Source of the DNA: Selaginella moellendorffii
Lineage: Eukaryota; Plantae; Lycopodiophyta
Direction of reading: 5' to 3'
Assembly (NCBI RefSeq): GCF_000143415.4
Contig: NW_003314362.1
Coordinates: 310,001 to 374,000 of the forward strand
Length of the DNA: 64,000 nt
Shown here: in pieces, positions 12,670 through 25,305 of the stretch
Layout: every line of letters begins with the position of its first letter
Position numbering within the stretch: the stretch's first letter is position 1
The notes under the pieces: generated by a model
The model's database searches: none
What the model was told of the DNA's origin: nothing
The model's input: only the letters and a program-made list of their open reading frames with translations
Program-made: the position numbers and the translations under genes

Positions 12670-15600
12670 AAAAACAAAATGCTGCGCGTTGCGTTGCAGC
12701 AACACTTGGTTTGCTTTTGTTTTTAAATATTTTTTATTATGATAAATAATTTGTTATGATCTGTCCAATATGCAGGTGCTATTCCTGCTTTTGTATATAT
12801 TATATCTTTTATCCATATATGATCTATTAATTTATTATTATGTGTATTGTGTTTTATTATTTGTATATATCCTTCTTTCTCCATTATTGTTTGAAGTGGT
12901 TTTACTTCTTCTATTTGGAAGTCAATATTAAAATCTCTTGTAATTATTACTGGTTTTTTATTATCTATTTTCTGTATATATTTTTGTAGTTGTTTTATGA
13001 ATATATGTATATTTGTTCCAGGTTTTCTATGTAAATTTATTATCTGTAATTGTTTTTTATTTTTTTCTAGTGATACATATGACATTGCCATTGTTTCTGT
13101 TTTAAAATGTTCTACTATTTCTGATCTGTAGTCATTTGTATGCAATATTGCTATATGTGGGGGTTGTTCATGTATATATGATTTATATTTATTAAAATAT
13201 AAATCCTCATGTTTTTGTGTTCTTACTTCTTGCATACATATTATATCTGATGTTAATAATTGTGAATCACTCTTTATATCTTCTTGATGTGCAGTAATAG
13301 ATCTTGTATTTAGAACTTGTATAATTGTTTGGTTAGCTGTTTTTTCTTCTTGTAAATCTATTAAATCAATTTGCCATGGTGCTTCTGTTGTCATTCTTAT
13401 TATTTCTTTAGCTGTATCTTTATTGATTTTAATATGTTTATGTTCAATTAGTCTATATAAATGTATCCCTTTTAGTGTTTGTGCTCTTGATCATGCAGTA
13501 TATGCTTGTCCTGGATATTTTGTTTTATATGGGTCATATCCTAATTGCATAACTGTTGATCCTTGTGCTTTATGTATTGTTCTTCCTGCGCATGGTTGTA
13601 CTGGAAATTGGGTTCTACTTATAACATAGTTTTTATTTTTAGTAATATTTATTGTTCTTGTTATTTTTTTTATTGGTGTCCAGTTTTTATCATTATTTTG
13701 CTTTATTGTTATGTTTTCTTTAGCTCTTGTTTTTTCACCTGTTTTTATATTTGGGAATTCTATCCACATTATTTGTTCTTCTTCAATCTGGGTTACATCT
13801 TGTAATACTCCATCTGCTCCATTTACAAATCCATCTTCTGTTGCTATATTTTGTGTTATTTCAATTGCCATTTTCTTTTTCAAATGTAATATTTTATGTA
13901 GTCCTTGTGTTTTTCTTGTGTCATCTGGCAGCGAGAAATGTGTAGGACAGGAATTTCCATGTTTGTCTTGTGCTTCTATAATTATATCTTTACCTTGTAT
14001 GTGTTGTATTATTTTTTCATTATGTTCTCTTACTTGTTCATTAGTTGCAAATATAGAATAGTATTCTGTGTTATATGTATCTGTAGTGACTTGTTTATTT
14101 ATATATTCTAGCTCTTTATCAGTATGTTCTCCTATTTTTATTTTATTTAAAGCTTTTATAAAGATTATATCATCTTTTTGCCTCATTATTTCAGTAAGTT
14201 CATAGATTTTAAAATTATTTTTCCATGGGTGGTGTATGGAGACATCATTTTCAGATCTATATATTTTTGTTGAATAAATTGGTGCTTCAAATGTAGGATT
14301 TAATTGATAGAAATCACCTGTAAATATACAATCCATCCCACCAAAGTTTATTCCATATGTTGTTTTGAAGCTTTCACATCTTCTATTTATATCTTGTAGC
14401 ATTTCTATACTTACCATTGATATTTCATCTATTACTAAACATTTTATTGTTGAAAACTTTCTTTTATATTTATCTAATGTGTCATTTGTTAATATTGTTT
14501 GACATTGTTTTGATGCTTCTAGTCGAAATGCAAAAGCTGAATGTATTGTTGAACCATTTATATTACAAACTGCTTTTCCTGTAGGTGTTGTTATTAATAT
14601 TGTTTGTTCTGGTTCATTATTTATATCTTGGTTTGTTTTATAATATCATTTGAGTGTTTCTATAAGTGTATTTAAAAGCATTGATTTTCCAATTCCTGCT
14701 CCTCCTGTTAAAAATAAGCACAATTGTTTGTTAGGTTGTTTTATTTTTTTCAATATGAAGTCATCATGTATTATTCTTTGCTTTTTATTAAGAGTTCTTA
14801 ATAATTAGTGATATTTACTAGTTTCCATAAGGTATTCATCTTGTATTATAATTGTTGTATTTGTTAAAATTTTAACTTTTATATTTAAATTTAAGTTTCT
14901 GTTAATTTTCATTTTGAATAAATCTTTCCCTATATCAAATTCATCTGTTTGGTTTGTGTTTATTTCTTGTATATACTGTGCTTGTTCTTTTAATATTTTA
15001 TTTACTTCTTGTTCTGGATTCTCCCAATCAAATTCACTCTCATTTATTACTTTTTTATATATGTATTAATGTTGTCTTTCATTTATTTGTTCCATATTTG
15101 CTTCATATGCATTCATATATGTTGTGTACATTTCTTTAAGATCTTCTTCTTTTCTAAATTTTTTATGTAAGATTAATCTTTCAAATGCCCACTTTTCTGG
15201 ATCTTTTTCTTTACTAAACTTTATATATCTAATTATATTTTTTTTATGTTTTCGTGTTGTTACTTCTTTTTCAATTATATATTCAATTGTTATCTCTGCT
15301 AATGTTAAATCTTCTAATTCTTCTGGTCTTTGCATGTATTTTTCAATTAGTCCAGGTACTGCTATGTCTGTTTCATCTTCTTGCATTTTTGCAAGGTCTT
15401 GTTTCGTTTTTAAATGTTTTGTTCGTTGTTCTTGTGGTTTAGTATCAATGAACTTTACAGTTCTAGACATATGATGAAATGGGATTGACAATATCAAAAA
15501 AAGTGTTTGTTGAATTGGCATTTCCCTACCACGTATGAAGCTATTTCCTAATAACCGAACTCTATTAAATGCATTTGTCATTCTNNNNNNNNNNNNNNNN

Positions 15601-17765
15601 NNNNNNNNNNNNNNNNNNNNNNNNNNNNNNNNNNNNNNNNNNNNNNNNNNNNNNNNNNNNNNNNNNNNNNNNNNNNNNNNNNNNAGTTTGAATATTTTTT
15701 ATATATTTGGGTAGTTTCTCTGAATCAGTACATATATTTTCATTAGCATATTTTTTTATTTGTTCTAATGTTTGTGGTGGATTTTCTAACCATATTAGTG
15801 CATGTTCATGTGGTGTACCATGTTGTTGAAATTGTGTTACAAATATATAGTCTTTTACTTTCCTTCCAAATATATGATAATTGGACATTAATATTTTTCT
15901 AAATGCTGACGTTTTATGTGCATAATATTGTATTATGCTGATTGGATCAGCTCTTAGTATTTTATATATTTTCTCTTTTTCATTTAAATTTTCTATCTCT
16001 TCTTTTTGTAATATATCTGTATTTAAATGTTTTAAAGCATTTATTAATGGTTCCATGTCTTTCTGAACAACTAAGAGTTAAAAATAGTGTTGGTGGTCCT
16101 AATTATCTTATCATGGCAAATACATCTTTTTTTAGTGCTTCTAAATTATCTGGTGATGTTCTTAGATTTTTTAAATCTCTAAAACCTATGTTTGACTTTA
16201 ATATTTTATCCATATTTCCATTTACAAGCACATCTTTTTATGTGATTTTTCTTCCTTCATAAGTAAATTTTCTTAATCTAAAACCTGCATTTTGATTAAC
16301 AAATTTGATTTCAGTTTTTACTACTACTGTAAATATATGTTCAATATGTCGTGCAAATTTTCTATCCTCATTCATTAATTCCCATTGGATTATTTCCTGA
16401 TATGTAAATTTATTTTTTATGTCTGATGGTCTTGGTTTTCCACCATATAGTTTTGAATATGCCATTTCTTCAGCATTTTCATCTACAAATAATCCTGATG
16501 GGTGTTGTCCTTGACCAGGTGCTATAACTAAAACTTTATTTGTAAAATTATCTATTTGATTTGAATCTAAGAAGCTAATTACCATAGTATCTGGTGGTAA
16601 TATCTCATTATCAGGGTTGTCTGTAAGATTTACACTTTCATCATCTTCATTTAATTCTTGTTGTAATTCGTTTTCTAATATTATTTATGTGTTATTATCT
16701 ATATTGTCTAAATTTTGTGCTTGTTGAAACCAGTTTTCATCTACATTAATTTTATTTTTCTTATATAGTTTGGTTTCTTGTAATTGTTTTATACTATTAT
16801 AAATATAATGTGGTCTGGCTATTCCATATTTATAATAATATTTATCAGTTAATCTTCATTTCAGCTGAATTGTTATTGTTTGTGTATCTTCAAATGTTCT
16901 TGGTAGTTTATTAATTATTGGTTTAATATTATTTGGGACATTTATTATTCCTCCTTTTATGCACTGCTGATATTGAGGTTGATTTGGTATTGTTATATTT
17001 GCAAATAAAATATGTAAAGCTATCATTTTCTCTTCAATATCATTTAATTGTTCTGTATATTGATCAATTTGATTCATTCTAATTTTTTCTGGACTTTTAT
17101 ATTTTTCTTTATTTGTCATGCATTGATTGCATGCATATTCTTGTTTTTTATTATATTTAAACCAAAGTCTTTTATATATTTTACATGGATGTATCGGTAT
17201 ATCCTATATAGCTTCACTATACATTTGTAGTGCTTTCATACTTTTTGGATTGTTTATGTCATATTCATTTTCTTGTTGTTCTTTCTCTTTTATTGTTTTT
17301 TTTTCTTTGCTTCTAATATAATATACTCTTCTTTTAAGTTTTTCATCTGATATAGTACTCCCTGTTCTTTGTCGAAAAATATTTATTTTTTCATTTGTTT
17401 GTTTTTGTAAGTTCCAAGTTTCCATAAGTATTTTGTCTTCTTCTGTTGTATATTGGTTTTGTAAAGTACTTTCTTCATGTTTTTCTTCGGATATATTAAT
17501 AGTTTTTATTTGGTCATTTTTATTCTTTCTTGATAAATAATAGTATCTAGAAACAATTTGTTGCTCAGTTAAATCAATATTATGGTTGAATTTTAGTTCT
17601 TTTGCTTTTTTTTTGCAGATCCTTGAATTGATAACAATTTTGCATCTAGAAGTTCTGTCCATTCAAATTTTCTCTTTGTCATAATTTTGCCCTTTATACT
17701 TAAATGCCCTTATTGCCCTTGATGTCCTTACACCCACCGGATAGGTGGGTGCATCCAGATTAGTT
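12670..17765 (-). mobile_element. Degenerate Helentron/Helitron2-type element: Rep (HUH) - PIF1 helicase - apurinic-like endonuclease
   Basis: Rep motif TQFQQHGTPHEHALIW (15565-16056). Walker A TGGAGIGKS (~14700). Helicase motifs FGGMDCIFTGDFYQL, LTEIMRQKDD, RTQFPV..CAGRTIHKAQG. EEP/APE motifs LNTRS, DIICMQE, DFNID, IDHIW, TDH (12723-13394). Several stops/frameshifts. Hairpins at 12680-12701 and 17731-17751. Ends are approximate. Confidence 0.88.
15585..15684. other. Assembly gap (100 N)
   Basis: Run of N within the Rep region. Confidence 1.
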
Positions 17766-19425
17766 TTTTCTATGATTGTTTAGCTGATCAAGATTGTTTA
17801 AAGAGATTCAACAATCGAACCGAATGGACTATTTTTAGCCTACTTTCAGCAAGTATTAATTCTCTATCTTTCAATCAACAGCTTTGTGAAGGCTGATAAT
17901 TGATAATCTAGACCAGTAGAAACAATCAAAGACCTTTTACTTACTTCTCAATGTTATTCCGTTGAAAGCCATTTATGCCCTAAAGCTATATTAAGTCTTT
18001 ATTTAAATGGGCCTAAAATGGGCTTATGAGAGAAACGTGAGCACAAGTACCAGACTCATGCATTCTTAGGTAATTGACTGCCTGCTCAATTGTATTGTTT
18101 CTAGATCTCTTTTGGGTTTAACACCACTACCTCGCATGGATTCTTGGGTCTTGCCCAAGAATCCATGTGAAATGATTTTGATTGGACGTGCGAGGGTTGG
18201 TTGTGGAAAACCCTCACACGTCCAATGACAAGTCCCTGAAAAGTCGATGGACTCAAAGATGGTTTGAAGTAGTTTGTAACTTTCTTTCTCATTAGGACAT
18301 TTTTTTATATACCTTGATGTAGGTTCTACTTGAAATGATTTCTTTTTCTCGCTGTCAGTAGAGCATCTTCAGGCTCTACTGACAATGACAGCCCTGGATG
18401 AGGTAGCCAAGTCCAAAGAAAGTTATTCAAAATGTCAAGTGAGATATCTTCGACTAGGCAAGATGATTCCACAAACAAGTAACATTGTTCTCACTATGGA
18501 GACTAGTATTTAGCATGATGTTTTCAGTTTACAGGGTTGGCTATGGAAAACCCTCGCACATCCAATGACAAGTCCCTGAAAAGTCGATGGACTCAAAGAT
18601 AGTTTGAAGTAGTTTGTAACTTTCTTTCTCGTTAAGACATTTTTTTTATATACCTTGATGCAGGTTTTACTTGAAATGATTTCTTTTGAGCTACTATAGG
18701 GTGAAGGAGAGCTCAACATTGCCAGAGATGGATATCTAGGGCCAAGAACCAAAACAAACCTTTGATGTATGTATGCCTTCCCATTTAACTTTCTTCTAAG
18801 CTGTTTTGTTTTTCTTTTGTAAGTTATCCAGTAGGATCCAGTAAGAGCACGGTCATTCAGAAGCAAGAGCCTTAGTTTAGCAATCTGCAAACTCTGTGAC
18901 AAAAAGATGTCAAAGATACAAGGACTTTTACTTACTATGTCAATGTCGTATATGGCTTCAAGCATCTAGGTCAAACAAATCAACAACAAAGCTGAAATTT
19001 GGAATTGCTTGTGGCTCAAGCTCTTTCACATTCATTTTCTTGCACATTTACTGCAAGATGGGGTTTAACATCTAGTATAGAAAGCAATACACCACATTCT
19101 TCACCCAGCTTCTCTAAATCCCTTAAGGAACTCCCTAGCTAGATGCACAATGATTATTTTCCTGGATTCCGGTGTTAGGCATATAATGTTAACGTGGTAG
19201 ATTACCTGAGAGGGGCTTTCAGAGGCAGCTTGTGTTTCTCACATATTAGTTCTCTAATTGATTGTGCAATGCAATCAGCAGCAATCTTGTGAGTCGTTGC
19301 CATGGGATTTCTAGTTTGTGTGCTTTGAAATCTAGAAATTGTTAAGAGAAGCATTGCAAGATTTCATGAATAGATATTTGTATTATAGAGAAAGCAATTG
19401 AAAAATAGACAAGAGACAATTGTAT

Positions 19426-20925
19426 CTATTTCTGGTTGTTGGCAATTTCCATGGCTAAATTGTTTGGTGTCTCAAAATGGACAATAATATTTGCCTCATT
19501 CAATAGAAAGAATCCTATTGGTTTTGAAGATAGATAAACAACAATTTTTTCTGGGGACTCCATAGCAAACTTGACCATAGACCCTTCATCCAAATTATAA
19601 ATTTTATCCACCATTTTATCACGCACTGTAACTTTGATGGTTTTGTTGTTTGTGCAAAGTGTAAAGGGCGTTCCATCCCTCGTAAATCAGCTACAATAAC
19701 TGGTTTTATTATATCAACTCTAACATTGTGAAAGAGCAAAATGAGCAAAGACTTTCAGCTTGAGTGAGACTTTGTTGGTTGTCAGGGATGAAATATCCAC
19801 TAATCTGTATAATTGGAAGTTAGAGTTGAAAGTAGATATAAACAATTTACATTACCTTGTCTTTAGAAGTGAGACCACGGTGTGTTTTATAAACTTCATT
19901 GAGCCTCTGAATTTCATTTGAATCAACTAGTGGCAAAAAAAAAGTACTTCCAAGTGTTGCTAAATCACCTGATGCACTCATGCTTTTCATAATATTAAAA
20001 AATAAAAACTTTGGCATATATCCAGTATATAAATTTGCTACAATATGATGATATTGCTCTTCATGCTCCAGATGCATATAGAGCTGTGAAAATATCTTAG
20101 AAATAGAAAATTAAATAGAAAAAAACATTACCATAGTTACGTCCAAAGGATTATCAGAAGAAGCAATCTTTATTTTAGGAAAAACACCAATGTTGATTAC
20201 AACAGCATGTATAGCTTGTGGATAAACTCTAGTAGCCATTAAAGATGATATAGAAGCTCCTCTAGTTGGCTGTAATCTTAATTTAACATCAAAATCATCT
20301 ATAATTTGAATGATAGAAGAATCTGTAATATAAAGAACTTTTTCTGAAGTTCCATGGTGGTAAACTGGGTTTTTCTGTTGTTCAACCCATCTGCAGTGAG
20401 AGAATTATAATCTTGTTAATTTTTTTAAAAAAAATTACAAACCTTGTAAGTGAGAAACATTTACCAACCATAAATTTATTATATAATCGTGCACACATGG
20501 ATGAATTACCATATACAGTTAAAGTTTGCAAGCCATGCATATCTATACAATCCATTATATAAGTTAAGTATTTTGCACTTCGCAGAGTGTTCTTTGCAAG
20601 ATGAACTTTATAAGTTCCATACCTAGGCAAAAAGCAAATCAAAACTACAGAAAAAAAACGATTTCAAAACCATACGTAGATAAAACCTTTAGCTCAAGAA
20701 TTTTGGTTGAATTTGCTTTTTCAAAGACAAGTGATGCAATAGTGGCTTTTAGGATGGTCAACTTTGTCCTCTTTGCTTGTGAAACTACAAAACCAAAGAG
20801 AAATAAATCAAGAAATACTAAGGAATAAAGAGAAAAACCAAACCTTCATAAGAATTTGATTCTGTAGACAAATCGTCAGCTGGTGACGACTGAACAATAT
20901 CCATAACACAATCCAAATCTGACAT
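19426..20925 (-). pseudogene. Multi-exon RPA70-like OB-fold ssDNA-binding gene, probably Helitron-associated and frameshifted
   Basis: Short GT-AG-flanked exons encode YIMDCIDMHGLQTLTVYG...KFMVGKCFSLT, TDSSIIQIIDD, ISSL...IHAVVINIG, then CSFC and KVTVRDKMVDKIY. This follows the OB-A/OB-B/OB-C pattern of RPA70. The frame is broken near 19650-19730. Confidence 0.5.
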
Positions 20926-21554
20926 ATCTATGTGATTGATTAAACAGAATTACCTCTAGTTAATTTATACTAGTGAAAAGATCCAAAAATAAACTAGACT
21001 TCACTTTGAAGAATCAAAAACATAAAAGAATAAAACTTTGAGCTAAAAATTAAAATCTGTCAACTTGCCAAACTTAGGGTTACGGTAGACAATAAACCAA
21101 TTCGGCAGGTGACAAACCTTCTGAACCTTTTCGTGCACTGACTCTCCTCATTTGTAAACATCCTTGCTAGATACTTCTCATCATTGACCAAGCTAAAGCT
21201 AGAAGCAGCCTGACTGTACTCCTCAGCTGCTACAATCTCCCTCTATCGGTCGCTTAAGAAAAGAGGAATGAATAGGAATAGAAAGATTGTCCTCCACTGA
21301 TCTTTGTTTTCTACCCACTGCCCACTCACATAATAGGGAGCCATACAGAGGAAGATCTAAGCTCCATCCATAGATGCGTTCCAGGTTGATTGATTGATTC
21401 TGGGCAATCAATCAGTACCACCATAGTGGGTTTCTGATCCTGGATCGTGGCTCTCAGCTCAAACCTCCAGGGAGAGCCAATTCTCAATCAATTCACTAGT
21501 CCAAATATGATTTTCTTGATGCTTCCCAGGGACAAGAGCAATCCATTGGAGCCA

Positions 21555-21760
21555 GTGGACAATGCAGCGGCCAGGAACGACGATAGCATCATGATTGATC
21601 TCGAGGGGGCACTACTCAAATCCCTGAGCTGGTTTCAATGCTTCATGCTTGTCACAATTGAGGCTGGGAGGCCTCTATGAGCGCTCCTCCTATTTTTCAT
21701 TCTACCCTTCATGTGGATCATTGGCTGCTTCGTCCATCTTGGCTCTAGATTCTCTGCTTC
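21555..21760 (+). pseudogene. Fragment of sn-2 glycerol-3-phosphate acyltransferase (GPAT) N-terminal HAD-like region
   Basis: IMIDLEGALLKSLSWFQCFMLVTIEAGRPL*ALLLFFILPF matches the plant GPAT pattern D(L/V)DGTLL.S.S.FPYFMLVA.EAG...RAL. In-frame stop present. Confidence 0.75.
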
Positions 21761-22296
21761 ATGGCAGATCTTGGATTGAGGGCCCTGGCAATGGAACTTT
21801 GAGAGCTCCCTTGTAATTGCCATTATGGACATAGAGCCTAACCAATGCACTATACATTACACAGTTTCTTTGGCTCATGCTCCAAAAACCACGTATGCTC
21901 GTGATGATACAAAGTGGTTAGAAAAGTTTATAAATTATAAACATGTTTATAAATTATAAATATGAAATTAATCTAAATGAATAACCACCATTGGATGATA
22001 GAATATTCAAGAATATTCAAGCATATTTTAAGTATATTCATTACCATCTCAGTCCTCCTACACGTTTGCTTAAGCAAACTAAAAATGTGTGCAGGTTTTT
22101 ATATTCATCAAAAGTAAGCAAGACATAGACTAGCATTTGGAAGATTGGCAAAGCATTCCCTTGAAACCAACTATGACAAGATAAGATGCTTGGCACCACC
22201 GATATCTCATAGGCCACACGAGTGTATGAATATCCCTGAGACACGATCCAGGCCGTCAAGATATATCCGTTTAGGTTGTGAGTCCTAAATCGAGCG

Positions 22297-22903
22297 ATGT
22301 ATGTCAGCGTGGGGAGTGCCATGGATGCCTGGGCGACGTTTGAGCGAATTGGCACCGGTGCGACCGTGTGTTTGAGGTTGGAAGAACCCGATGTCCCAGG
22401 GGGCACTGCCGAATTTGAGCTGAGCCGGGACGCTGTGGAGGATTGCAAGGAGATGGCCGGCAAGGAGGTGAGCGACACTCCACTCCTGGAGGACGAGGAT
22501 GGCTGGCCTTTGACGGTGGTTCGCTTCTCCGACTCGCTCTACCGCATCAAGAATGTGGCCGCGGACAGCTTCCCGGAGTCCTTGGCGCTCATGGATTTCC
22601 ACGCGCGCCGTCGCGTCCACGGCCTCTCGCCCCAGGATTTGGCTCGAGCGGACGAGGAGTACCTGTTGGCCAGGAAGATCCCTTTCACTATTCTCTTGGG
22701 CATTCATCACGTCTGTAGTAGCCTTTGATCTTCTTCGTCTTTGCCATTTACGTTTGAAGCTCTTCTTGCAGACTCTAGACTTTCTGGGGCATCCAGCAGT
22801 GGACACGGTTGGCAAGGTGATCAATGAGACACCAGGCAGGCCGAGGCTCTTGTCCGATCTCTCACTCGAGGAGATTCAAGCCAGAGGTGGACTGCAGTAT
22901 TAA
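22297..22903 (+). CDS. Highly divergent SKP1/BTB-POZ-like protein (exons 22297-22710, 22772-22903)
   Basis: A 61-bp GT..AG intron keeps the frame. EFELSRDAV, GWPL, DLARADEEYL, LLGIHHTLDFLG..VDTVGKVI, SLEEIQ parallel SKP1 FEVEEAVA, GVPL, DLKAWDADFM, LILAANYLN..LDLTCQTVA, TPEEIR. Confidence 0.55.
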
Positions 22904-23619
22904 GTTTTTTCATCGAGTCTCCTGTTAACTTTTCTTCTTTGCAAGACTGAGAAGGGCTGATTTCTATCTTTGATATTCCCCTTTGAAGTCTTATAAAAAA
23001 AAGAGGTTGAGTGAGTCTAATCCAAGTTTCTGTTGTTTAGAATAGAAACGATCCTTTGTTGTCGTTTTTGCTTGGAATTTTGTGTTTGTGTTCTTCCAGG
23101 CATGAATTTTTTCGTGTTCACTGTTCCAAGAACGAGCTCCTGAAATTCATAAGAACGCGTGGCGTCCAAAGGTGATGGATGTTGATTAAAATATTGTATA
23201 AAATCAGTGATGTAATACAACCATTATATATCTGGGATATGAATATAGATGATAAATTTTATGTTGGACCTCGAACAATTTAAAACAAAAAAGTTTAGCT
23301 ATGATCAATTTTTCTTTCTTACTATATTGAGAAAGGTTTTGACAATTCTTTGGTGAAAAGCTGTCTCTTAAAATCGTCTTCCAGCTGAATTAATTTTCTA
23401 GAAGTTGAAAAGAAAAACATTTTCAACTTTTACACTTTTTCTTCTATTTTTCTTTGTATGCTGAATTTGCATATTCACGTACATCTTCTCATCCCCACCA
23501 AATAAAATATAAGTTAGTTCAAACTATTCTAGATAATATACTTACTAGACTATTAGCTTTTGCAGTTATTCTATTAAAATATTTTTCATGATCAAGTCCT
23601 TACTGATGACAAAAAGCCT

Positions 23620-24290
23620 CCTCTTCACACCATAATGTCTTCTATGCATCATCTTCATTTGGATCTTTCCACTGCCATAATACTTGACAATCTCGGGATT
23701 TACAAGCATGCCATCCAAAGTCAGCCTCTTGCTTGGCTCCATAAAAAGTATTTTCTAGATGAAATCTTCCACTTTGCACAATGCAAAATCGTTTGGAAAT
23801 GCCAAGAAATCCATCTTTACCCTCAGTTTATAGTTTCTTACCAACTCATACACAATAACTCACAGTCCCCACACGTCCACAACCAACATGTAACTCTCAT
23901 GATCCTCAAGCTCCATCTCTCTTCACTGCCACCACCTCATGCACCATGTACTTCAATGTTCCACAGTTGACAATACTGCCGCATGTCCCACTATTTGTTC
24001 GTGGCCATGCCAAAGTCTCCAATCACCACTTCATCCTTGCAGTGGCATTGAGCCTCTCAAAGATGTTTTTGAGCTTGAGATTGCAGTGGACAACCCCTCT
24101 AGAGTGCATCCACTTAGCATTTTTACCAATGTTTTGATTGTCTTCACAGACCCTGGATCAATCACTCTGCCAGTCTAGGGCGGCATAACTCCATGTCCCA
24201 TAGCACCTCCTAGCCCTCATAAAATTCTTGTTGTCAATAATTTCACAAACTCAAAACTTGGACATGACCCAGCTTCACATTGATCCAACA
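23620..24290 (-). pseudogene. Decayed Ser/Thr protein kinase (receptor-like kinase type) fragment
   Basis: Minus strand reads HCNLKLKNIF (HRDLK-like), IGDFGMAT and DVWG...VYEL, with stops and frameshifts. Confidence 0.7.
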
Positions 24291-24853
24291 ATTTCCTGAT
24301 ATACCTCTTGAGAAACTTGAACCTTAATTTAGGCTAATTACTTTTAAAAAATCTTTAATTTAAATCTTGGTAAAATTCTCAAGCTAATTGGACTAAGAGA
24401 CATGGACAGCGTGTACTGGCTCGCTGGAGTTTTGCATGGCATGTTTGGAGAGAGGTGGTGGCGATGGGGATTCCAACACTCCACGAATGGATTCTCTATC
24501 ATATTTCAGTCCCAGAAAAGACGGCAGCGATGCCTAGAGTTTCAACAGAGAAAGAGGTGTTGCTTTGCCACAAAATTATGAGCTTTGACAACGTTTCGAT
24601 TTGGACTTCCAAAATGCACAAACTAACGCATGGCATGAATGGTATAAAAAGAGCTCTCGCAAGAGAAGAAGAAACCAAAAGAATGGCCGGGTGAGGATCT
24701 GTTTCACGAGGCCGAACTCCAAGGTCCAAGGCACGGCAGCGTCCAGCTCGAGCACTGATCACGGCATCCAGTTTCACTGATGATTCAAGAGCGTCCTGTA
24801 CCTGTACGAGCTGCCAAGCACTGGCTGCAACGACGAGCTTCAGGGGTGCAGCG

Positions 24854-25285
24854 ATGCGGATAGCGAGTCCCATCGCCAGAAGCTCCGGGCCAGCGCTGGC
24901 TAGCCGTGATGATCCCGATGCATCACGCTCGGCAACCTTGCCAGCGATGGTAGCGTTCGAAACAGTTCGGGAGGACGAGATGATTCCATACGTGGATGGC
25001 TTTCCATGGGATTCCGCGGAGGAGCTGGAACGTGCAGCTTGCGGGCCTTTTTCTCCCGAAGAAATAAAGGATGCAGCGTCAGAGGAGGGGCATTTTCCAT
25101 GGCAAGAAGTGGAAGACCTTCCACCACCTCACGAGGCCAACGATGATCAAGCAACGACGACAGCGCCAGCTCCAAGGAGAACAAGCAGAGGCACTGAACA
25201 AGAAGAAGAAATCTATACATGGAAGTCGAAGGTGATGAGGCATAGATCGAAACTAGTTCAACTAATCCGGAAAAACTTATTTTAG
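24854..25285 (+). CDS. Hypothetical acidic protein, convergent with NOP14 (may have upstream exons)
   Basis: 143-aa GC-rich ORF with no recognised domain. Its stop lies 20 bp from the NOP14 stop. Confidence 0.35.
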   Translation: MRIASPIARSSGPALASRDDPDASRSATLPAMVAFETVREDEMIPYVDGFPWDSAEELERAACGPFSPEEIKDAASEEGHFPWQEVEDLPPPHEANDDQATTTAPAPRRTSRGTEQEEEIYTWKSKVMRHRSKLVQLIRKNLF

Positions 25286-25305
25286 CTGTAGAAATAAACA
25301 TTGTC

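Noticed and set aside
19950-19961. CCAAGTGTTGCT matching the Helentron 3' subterminal sequence as a possible asymmetric TIR
   Set aside because: A 12-bp match lying inside an apparent exon; it cannot be distinguished from chance without other copies.
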